64,000 nt of DNA from a virus. This document shows, piece after piece, positions 57,019-64,000 of this stretch. The DNA is taken from IMG/VR virus record IMGVR_UViG_3300044984_003188, one strand, 5' to 3'. Both the position numbers and the translations under genes were made by a program. The first letter of the stretch is position 1; every line of letters begins with the position of its first letter. The notes beneath the pieces were generated by a model, which was not told the origin of the DNA, searched no databases, and was given only the letters and a program-made list of their open reading frames with translations.

Positions 57019-57930
57019 ATGGACTTTTCTGCACTAAAAAAGACTTCTGGTAAAAGCTCACTAGAAAAGCTTACACAGGAACTTGCTAAGATTTCTACCC
57101 AGAGTGATTCTAAGGGTGACGCCCGTTTTTGGTATCCGAATGTGGACAAGGCTGGTAATGGTTATGCTGTTATTCGTTTTCTCCCTGCTCCTCCAAATGA
57201 AGATGTCCCATTTGTTCGAATCTTTGAACATGGTTTCAAGGGTCCAACAGGTCTCTGGTATATTGAAAACTCTCTGACTACTATTGGTCAAACAGACCCT
57301 GTCGGTGAAATGAATTCCCGTCTGTGGAATTCCACAACCGATGACGAGTCTCCTGCTCGAAAACAAGCCCGAGCCCAAAAGCGTAAGCTAACTTATGTAT
57401 CAAATATCTATGTGATCCAGGATCAACAGAATCCTGAGAATAACGGAAAGGTATTTCTATTCAAGTTTGGTAAGAAGATTTTTGATAAACTTAATGAAGC
57501 TATGAACCCACAGTTTCAGGATGAAGATCCACTAAACCCATTTGATCTCTGGAGTGGTGCAAACTTCAAACTCAAGATCAGAAATGTTGAGGGTTATCGT
57601 AATTACGATAAGTCTGAATTTGCTTCACCAGGATCACTTGCAGATGATGATTCTGCCATGGAAACTATCTGGAAGCAAGAACATTCTATTCAATCCTTCC
57701 TTTCTCCTTCCAATTTCAAGAGCTATGAAGAGCTTTCCAAGAGGCTTGCAGTTGTTCTTGGTACGGACAAGACTGCGGCTCGAACATCGAAGCCTAAGGT
57801 TGAAGATGATGCCCCATGGGTTGAACCAAAGGAAGCTAAGTCTGCACCCGCACGTGAGCCAATGATGACTCAGTCTGATGGTGGAGATGATGAAGATCTA
57901 GAGTTCTTCCGAAATCTTGCTAAGAACTAA
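57019..57930 (+). CDS. gp32: single-stranded DNA-binding protein (T4 gp32)
   Basis: GNGYAVIRFLP, WYIENSLTT, FGKKIFDK, GANFKLK, acidic tail. Confidence 0.96.
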   Translation: MDFSALKKTSGKSSLEKLTQELAKISTQSDSKGDARFWYPNVDKAGNGYAVIRFLPAPPNEDVPFVRIFEHGFKGPTGLWYIENSLTTIGQTDPVGEMNSRLWNSTTDDESPARKQARAQKRKLTYVSNIYVIQDQQNPENNGKVFLFKFGKKIFDKLNEAMNPQFQDEDPLNPFDLWSGANFKLKIRNVEGYRNYDKSEFASPGSLADDDSAMETIWKQEHSIQSFLSPSNFKSYEELSKRLAVVLGTDKTAARTSKPKVEDDAPWVEPKEAKSAPAREPMMTQSDGGDDEDLEFFRNLAKN

Positions 57931-57934
57931 TATT

Positions 57935-57963
57935 AAGGGGAGCAATATTGCTCCCCTTTTTTT
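57935..57963. terminator. bidirectional terminator
   Basis: AAGGGGAGCA-ATAT-TGCTCCCCTT-TTTT. Confidence 0.88.
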
Positions 57964-57964
57964 A

Positions 57965-59596
57965 TTACATTAATTCACTGAAAAATTCTCTCATAGTTGC
58001 AGCATCTATTCCAACAGGCCCGGGATCATTTGGGTCAATTGGTGTTTGTATAGCACCAATACCTGAGGCAGGTGCTTCTTGACTACCTTGTTCCATACTT
58101 ACTGATACTTGTGGTGGTGCAGATTCCGCTACTATATTTTGGGTTGATGCATCATTAATTACAGAACCCATGCTAGATGCAGATGCACCTAATTCCATTG
58201 ATGCAGATTGCCCTTCACTACCAGACATTTGAGCCTGACCAGATGATGGTTCACCGGGCATTTCATTTGCTCCACCAGGTGTTTGTGCAGCAGAGCCAAG
58301 CATTGTCTTTGGATCAATTGGTGTACCACCTTTTCTTACTTCAAAATGAAGATGTGGTCCGGTTGACAAACCTGTATTGCCAGATTTTGCTATTTCTTGC
58401 CCTGCAGTTACGGCATCGCCTTTTGCTACATTTAATGCACTAAGATGAGCATATCTAGTTTCTATACCATCTGGGCTTTGGATAGTTACCAAATTTCCAT
58501 AATTACCTCTTTCTCCTGCATAAACAACAACACCACCAGTTGAAGCCAAAACTGGGGTTCCTACTGGTACTGCAAAATCAATGCCTTCGTGATTACCTCT
58601 TGCTCTTTGACCAAAACCAGATGAAACTCTACCATTAACAGGTGGTACTAATCCTCCACTGGATTGCTCTGATTGTGCACCTGAAACCGATGAAGAGAAT
58701 TGTGCTGCAGGTGGTGCTGCCATTGAAGAAGAATCTGTCATCTGAAATGAAACTTTAGACATACCTGTTGCTGATGGAGCACCTGCCGAATCGCCTTGAT
58801 CAATAACAAAATTATCAGATGAAAATACTATGCTTCTAGCACTTATTTTTAAATCTTTATTTTGATCTGGTGTTTCATCAGAGTTTGATTGTGACGTTAA
58901 AGATGGTGTTCTTATTCTTTGTGAGTCTACTGGTTTTATTGCTGATCCACTTTGAGTTCTAGAACTTATAGGTTTAGCTAAACCACCAACCGCTGGCGCT
59001 CCGGAACTTACAGGTTTAGCTAAACCACCAACAGATTGTGCACCTTGCTCTGATTCTGAATCTTGTGTGTTTTCTAATTCATTATTTACTGGTTGAATAT
59101 CTTCTGGTTCAACGTCTTCTAGTTGTTGTGCTTGATTTGCTTCCTCTGGGGTAACATCCACGGGTTGTTCACTATCACTTGTCGACGTTGATGCCATAGA
59201 GAACATGCCCATAGCACCAAGAGCCATTGCAGCACCAATAAATCCAATTTTATATTTGCCTGGTACCTTTGAAGCAACTTGTTTTAATTTGGCTGGCATC
59301 CCTGGTATATCCATGGATTTTGAATCCGAATTGGACATATTATGTAAAATTTTACCAAGTAATTCATTTGATTTTACATTTTGTTCCAGATTATCAAGCA
59401 TAAATGAATTACTTAATTGTAAAATATCACTCATTGAAGTTAAAGATTTAGTATATTTTTCAATGGGTTTTGATGCTAATGGATTGACTGCTTCTGCTTG
59501 TTCCTCAGTTTTTCTCTGACCACGTAAAAGCAAAGGTGAACCAAATGAGGATGATGCTTCATTTGAAGCCATGGATCTAATGTTTAACTGATTCAT
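57965..59596 (-). CDS. baseplate hub/tail protein with M23 peptidase domain
   Basis: HEGID, YGN, YAHL, GNTGLSTGPHLHFE. Confidence 0.85.
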   Translation of the reverse strand: MNQLNIRSMASNEASSSFGSPLLLRGQRKTEEQAEAVNPLASKPIEKYTKSLTSMSDILQLSNSFMLDNLEQNVKSNELLGKILHNMSNSDSKSMDIPGMPAKLKQVASKVPGKYKIGFIGAAMALGAMGMFSMASTSTSDSEQPVDVTPEEANQAQQLEDVEPEDIQPVNNELENTQDSESEQGAQSVGGLAKPVSSGAPAVGGLAKPISSRTQSGSAIKPVDSQRIRTPSLTSQSNSDETPDQNKDLKISARSIVFSSDNFVIDQGDSAGAPSATGMSKVSFQMTDSSSMAAPPAAQFSSSVSGAQSEQSSGGLVPPVNGRVSSGFGQRARGNHEGIDFAVPVGTPVLASTGGVVVYAGERGNYGNLVTIQSPDGIETRYAHLSALNVAKGDAVTAGQEIAKSGNTGLSTGPHLHFEVRKGGTPIDPKTMLGSAAQTPGGANEMPGEPSSGQAQMSGSEGQSASMELGASASSMGSVINDASTQNIVAESAPPQVSVSMEQGSQEAPASGIGAIQTPIDPNDPGPVGIDAATMREFFSELM

Positions 59597-59603
59597 TGTG
59601 CAC

Positions 59604-61463
59604 CTAAGCTAGAGAAGATATAAGTTGTGATAGAGGAACCTCAGCTGATCTATCATCCTGAGATGCCATGGCTTGATATTGTCTACCACCTTGTGCCGCA
59701 GGTTGTGGAACCGTAATATTCATTGGTGTTCTAGCTGGTCTAGCAGCCAATGATTGTTCATTTAGAGCTTGCCCGCCAGTTCTTTGCTCTTGTTGCATTT
59801 GTGGTCCTGCTGATTGAGCATAACTTAAAGCTAATTGCATTCTACGTGCTGTTGTAGTACCAGATGATCTTTCATAAAACTTATCAAATAGCATTGCTGC
59901 TTCGTCTGGTGTTTTGGCACCCATAAGGGCTTTTCGTGCTCTAGATTCCGGTCCAGATAGTTCCCAATTTATAAATTCTAATTGTTCTTTAAATGTAGAT
60001 TGTTTTATATCTTTACCAAAAAATTTAGTAAAATTGGCTTGTCTGTCTGGATGCCACTGTGCTAATCCATAAGCTTTGCCACTATCACCAACAGCATCAG
60101 TTTTAAAATCACTTTCATATTTTATGTTTGCTGCAATACCTGCTGCTTGTTCTCTTGTATATCCTTTTTCAACAAAGAAGCTCATTACTTCTTCAGCAGA
60201 ACCTGAGCCAGCAGCACCTGGTGTTCTTGCTCCTGCTATTGGTTCTGATGATGTTTGTTGAGCTGCAGCGGCACCAAAATCATAAGTTTCAACTTGTGTT
60301 CCAGGTGTCATATCACTAATTGCTGTGGAACTACTTGCAGCACCCGATGAACTAGGTGGTGCGGATGATGCACCTGCTGATGTTCTTTGTGCACCAGTTG
60401 AAGAAACTGATCGTACATTTGGTGCATTATTTTGACCTGATAATTCTGCAGGTCCGACAAAATTATCAGTCATAATAGCTATTGTACCAGCATCAAATAC
60501 AAGTGAATTATAATCATATTCACCGGTACTAGTGCTTGGTTTGCTTTCCATTCTTTGTGCAAATGAAACTGAGCGCACCATTGGATTCTGTTGTGGTGAT
60601 GTTTGTTGTGAAGCTACTTTAATATATCCACCATCATGAAGTTGTTTTACTACTTCAAAGAATTGATTTTCAGGATATTCAAGTTCATCAACAATTAATT
60701 TACGTGCTGGCATCAAAGTACCAGCCTTGATATCCCCAATGTCTTTTAAAAGTTCTAATTGTGTATCATTGGATATATCTTGAGGGCCTAATCTACGAAC
60801 ACTGGGTCCAGGGCCATATTTCTCACTTAGTTCAAATGCTGATTTAGCACCAGCAACTACACCCAAAACACCAGTTGCAGTAGTTGATAGACCTATACCA
60901 AGAGCACTCATAGAATCTTGTTTACCGGTAAGTTTTTCCAGAAAAGTGCCTGCAGCAGCTGTTGTTGCAGCACCTTTCAGCATTTGCTTTGGACTTACTA
61001 GACTTGCAGCAGAGCGCCCAATGGATTTAGCTACATCTTTACCTTTTTCTAAAACTTTTCCAAGTGTTCCACTTACACGTTGTTTTAATCTTTGTAGATT
61101 TGAAGGTCTTGCTCTAGCTTGAGCCCTTGTTCTTGGTCTTCTTCTAGGCTTTTCTGGTGTAAAATCAGAAAGATTTGGCATGCCATTATCTTTAGATTCA
61201 GAAACATTTAGTATTTTTCCTAGTGTTTCATTTACTTTAATAAGTTCCTGCTCAGCTTGACCAAGAACATTATTGTTGTTTAATAATGAATTTGTAACAT
61301 TTTCAACACCTAAATCAAGTCTTGTTGTTTGACTTTTATATTCTCTAGTTACATTTTGCTGTTCATTATCATCTTTATTTTGTATACTAGCTATCACAGG
61401 CGCTGCTCTGGAAAGATTAGCGCCTGTTGCTTTAAAGTATTGCTGTGTTTTACTTATCGGCAT
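59604..61463 (-). CDS. baseplate hub/tape-measure-like protein with phage tail lysozyme domain
   Basis: QAAGIAANIKYES...AYGLAQW...QLEFINWEL...YER. Confidence 0.8.
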   Translation of the reverse strand: MPISKTQQYFKATGANLSRAAPVIASIQNKDDNEQQNVTREYKSQTTRLDLGVENVTNSLLNNNNVLGQAEQELIKVNETLGKILNVSESKDNGMPNLSDFTPEKPRRRPRTRAQARARPSNLQRLKQRVSGTLGKVLEKGKDVAKSIGRSAASLVSPKQMLKGAATTAAAGTFLEKLTGKQDSMSALGIGLSTTATGVLGVVAGAKSAFELSEKYGPGPSVRRLGPQDISNDTQLELLKDIGDIKAGTLMPARKLIVDELEYPENQFFEVVKQLHDGGYIKVASQQTSPQQNPMVRSVSFAQRMESKPSTSTGEYDYNSLVFDAGTIAIMTDNFVGPAELSGQNNAPNVRSVSSTGAQRTSAGASSAPPSSSGAASSSTAISDMTPGTQVETYDFGAAAAQQTSSEPIAGARTPGAAGSGSAEEVMSFFVEKGYTREQAAGIAANIKYESDFKTDAVGDSGKAYGLAQWHPDRQANFTKFFGKDIKQSTFKEQLEFINWELSGPESRARKALMGAKTPDEAAMLFDKFYERSSGTTTARRMQLALSYAQSAGPQMQQEQRTGGQALNEQSLAARPARTPMNITVPQPAAQGGRQYQAMASQDDRSAEVPLSQLISSLA

Positions 61464-61737
61464 CTATTTTTGAAATCTTTTCCTGACCTCTAGTCCATGC
61501 TGCAATACCTAAAATTGCACCAAAAGCTAAATGAACCATCCCACCGTTTTGCAATGTCAAACTTTCCCATGCACTATAGTCTATAGATAGTCCTGCAATT
61601 AATTTATAAAATACAGGCATAATCATGGTAACTGCAGGGAATAAAACAAAGTCGACAAAACATATAATCATGTAGAGATAACCCATGAGAGGTCTCCAAT
61701 ATGACTTTAGCCAACTTTCATGATTTTGTTTACGCAT
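61450..61737 (-). CDS. membrane protein, holin-like
   Basis: WRPLMGYLY...DF; HLAFGAILGIAAWTRGQEK. Confidence 0.65.
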   Translation of the reverse strand: MRKQNHESWLKSYWRPLMGYLYMIICFVDFVLFPAVTMIMPVFYKLIAGLSIDYSAWESLTLQNGGMVHLAFGAILGIAAWTRGQEKISKIDADK

Positions 61738-61906
61738 TATTCCTATTCCTTTGCTCTTCAAGTTCTCTAAGATGTTGCAGAAGCATTTCTATATAAAGAT
61801 CACGCTCAAAAGGTATAAGATTTTCAATTTCTGCAAGTGAATATTTGTGATGCTGAGCCAAAGAAAATACAGTAGTATAATAATTTTCTAAGGAGTTATG
61901 ACTCAG
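61730..61906 (-). CDS. gp51-like baseplate assembly segment (no own ATG; -1 frame of upstream gene)
   Basis: LSHNSLENYYTTVFSLAQHHKYSLAEIENLIPFERDLYIEML. Confidence 0.75.
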   Translation of the reverse strand: MSHNSLENYYTTVFSLAQHHKYSLAEIENLIPFERDLYIEMLLQHLRELEEQRNRNNA

Positions 61907-62610
61907 CCCAACGTAAAAAAATCTGCAAGACTCCTTAGTTCTATTTTTCTTTCCGTGCCGTTTTTATTTTTATATTCTATTTTATAGTATAATTTTGGAG
62001 TTGATTCCATAAATTTAACTATTTTTTGATATGTAGCAATATCTAGATTATCCAAAAATTCTTCTATTTCTTTTCTAGAAAAAGTTTTCAAATCATAAAC
62101 ATCTTCATCTTGATAAACTTGATGCATGGATCTAATAACCAATTCATAGAATGCATTCTCCCCACTATTGAAATATTCTTGATCATCAAATATCTGCGCT
62201 CTTGGGTATTTCATTACTATACCAGATGCATCATTTATTTTAATAATAGCATCAACTCCTTCTGGGAATTGAACTTCAATAGAATTTAAATCAATATCAA
62301 ATGTATAGATTTCATTATCTTCATTGTCTCGATAGGATACTGAAGCTATATTATTTATAGAAAATGCTCTGATTCGGATAAAGATATACTCAATGTCAAA
62401 TATTGCTATGTCATCTACATCAAACTTTTCATCAAGACAACAATTGTTAACAACTTGTTTTATTGCTCTAAGTATTTCTGATGGATCATCAGATGTTTTT
62501 GCCATGAGAAGAAGCTTTTCCTCTTTTACAAGAAAAGGTCTAAACATGAATTTTTCTTTTGTTGAAGGTATTGTCAATTCATGGATTGGATAAGAAATTT
62601 TAGGTAGCAT
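61903..62610 (-). CDS. gp26: baseplate hub assembly protein (T4 gp26-like)
   Basis: LPKI.YP, FRPFLVKEEKLLL, FDIEYIFIRIR, MKYP, LADFF. Confidence 0.88.
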   Translation of the reverse strand: MLPKISYPIHELTIPSTKEKFMFRPFLVKEEKLLLMAKTSDDPSEILRAIKQVVNNCCLDEKFDVDDIAIFDIEYIFIRIRAFSINNIASVSYRDNEDNEIYTFDIDLNSIEVQFPEGVDAIIKINDASGIVMKYPRAQIFDDQEYFNSGENAFYELVIRSMHQVYQDEDVYDLKTFSRKEIEEFLDNLDIATYQKIVKFMESTPKLYYKIEYKNKNGTERKIELRSLADFFTLG

Positions 62611-62627
62611 AATTTAAAAGCCTTTAT

Positions 62628-63284
62628 TTAAGTTACAAATTGTGTTGCTAATGGTGAATCTGTATACCAATTTTTAAATGTAAATGTTGTTGTTACTTTG
62701 AATAAAGAATTGTTATTATCCCAATTTAAACTGTTATAATTTAAAGCAATTGGATATGCTTCATTTAACATTACTTTGCAAACTGGGTTTGCTTCTCTGT
62801 ATGCATTCTTTATAAAAGTTTCATTATTTGTTATATCAGCACCTTTATTATTAAAAATGTTTATTTCTATAGAAGTGGAATAATCTTTCATATATTCTAA
62901 AGTATACTTTGGGACGTATCTACCAGCATTTACACCCTGAAAATCAAATATTCCAAAAGACATCCATTCGCTTATCAGATGCCAAATTACCAAATCTTTA
63001 GTATCTATAAATGAAATTGTAATATCATTAAATGATGCATTAATTGGAAATTTTTGTGATGGGCCAATACCATATCTATTTGTATTCATGGTATCTAAAT
63101 TTACACCAGGCCATTGAACAGAGTCTGCTCTGAATGAAATAAGTTCAGAATCTTGTCTGGACGTTAAAGTACTTCTACCATCACGTAGTTTATAAGATCC
63201 AATTCTAACAAAAAATTTATTACTTTGAATTGTTCCAAAAGTATCTAAATTAGATTTAAATCTATCTATATTGAAACTTGCCAT
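62628..63284 (-). CDS. tail tube / baseplate tube initiator-like protein (gp54/gp19 family)
   Basis: NKFFV, WPG, EAYPI, VTTTFTFKNW; position next to gp2. Confidence 0.7.
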   Translation of the reverse strand: MASFNIDRFKSNLDTFGTIQSNKFFVRIGSYKLRDGRSTLTSRQDSELISFRADSVQWPGVNLDTMNTNRYGIGPSQKFPINASFNDITISFIDTKDLVIWHLISEWMSFGIFDFQGVNAGRYVPKYTLEYMKDYSTSIEINIFNNKGADITNNETFIKNAYREANPVCKVMLNEAYPIALNYNSLNWDNNNSLFKVTTTFTFKNWYTDSPLATQFVT

Positions 63285-63883
63285 TAAACCGTATTCCTTG
63301 ATTCTCTATAAATTCTCTCTGTCGTAGCTTTTTTGAAGTTTTCTGATGGGAGCATGAGAGCAGCATCCCAATACATTGGCTCTACATTCAAATACCTACT
63401 TCTTACATGAGCAAAAAGATATCTTTTTACACACGGTTTGAAATATTTAAAGCGTGCTGCACTTTTAAGAATTTTATAAGATATATTTAATTTAGTATTT
63501 TCATTATATTTGTTATCGGATGAAATTGAATATAATGAATCCATAAGTTTGGCTCTGAGTATCGGAGGCAAGTAATGAAGATTGATCCCAAGGAAGCCGT
63601 CGGTATAAGATTCAACTACAAATATAAGTGGAAAAGCATCATAATAAGGAAGTTCATCTTTCCATTTTGGATCATAAAAGAACATAAACATTTTACCGAT
63701 ATCATCAGATGCTATTTTAGTCACTGTATTCTTTTTATCACGCATCAATCTATTACGATCGACTTGGGTTAAAGATCTTGCTGCTTCTCTGAACCAAGTA
63801 CGAGTATCTCTTTGGCGCACTGATTGGTCAATGCCCTGAGTTTTACCCTGCTTTGAAAGCTGTTGAAATATATAAGCAACCAA
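63284..63883 (-). CDS. gp2: DNA end protector (T4 gp2)
   Basis: YDPKWK.ELPYYDAFPL, GINLHYLP, KPCVKRYL. Confidence 0.93.
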   Translation of the reverse strand: MVAYIFQQLSKQGKTQGIDQSVRQRDTRTWFREAARSLTQVDRNRLMRDKKNTVTKIASDDIGKMFMFFYDPKWKDELPYYDAFPLIFVVESYTDGFLGINLHYLPPILRAKLMDSLYSISSDNKYNENTKLNISYKILKSAARFKYFKPCVKRYLFAHVRSRYLNVEPMYWDAALMLPSENFKKATTERIYRESRNTV

Positions 63884-64000
63884 CTATTTTATCCCTAAAT
63901 GATCTTCTGTCATGATTTGAAATTTCCATCCACGATCAGCACAATAATTTTCTGCTGCATTCCATTTTGCTTTATTAACGCCCCATGTAAAAACTTCATT
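63884..64000 (-). CDS. gp4: head completion nuclease (T4 gp4), partial
   Basis: WGVNKAKWNAAENYCADRGWKFQIMTEDHL. Confidence 0.88.
   Translation of the reverse strand, partial: NEVFTWGVNKAKWNAAENYCADRGWKFQIMTEDHLGIK

Overview
A 64-kb segment of a large, AT-rich T4-like myophage genome. A DUF1127 gene, a ROSE-like hsp20 leader and GC-rich early genes suggest an alphaproteobacterial host (inference). Core genes present: gp43, uvsX, gp41, gp61, thyX, nrdA/B, rnh, phoH, gp33, gp59, gp32, gp2, gp4 (partial) and baseplate/tail genes. Also present: lysis genes (spanins, GH19 endolysin), NAD salvage (NadM-Nudix plus NadV), tRNA-Trp, hsp20, dps, speD and three free-standing GIY-YIG homing endonucleases. 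The most unusual features are: (1) a DUF6745-like gene lacking its usual internal Q-V-x-x repeat, with at least 8 separate micro-ORFs built from that 12-bp/tetrapeptide repeat next to it and elsewhere; (2) two homologous ~400-bp non-coding loci 41.6 kb apart, each with seven IHF-like boxes in the same orientation pattern around a shared 49-bp core, at the centre of divergent GC-rich promoter-cassette islands; (3) homing endonucleases associated with duplicated 3' ends of primase and nrdB; (4) an ArfA-like ORF with a terminator before its stop codon; (5) a predicted -1 frameshift in the baseplate/tail chaperone. Family names come from motif recognition by eye, not database searches.
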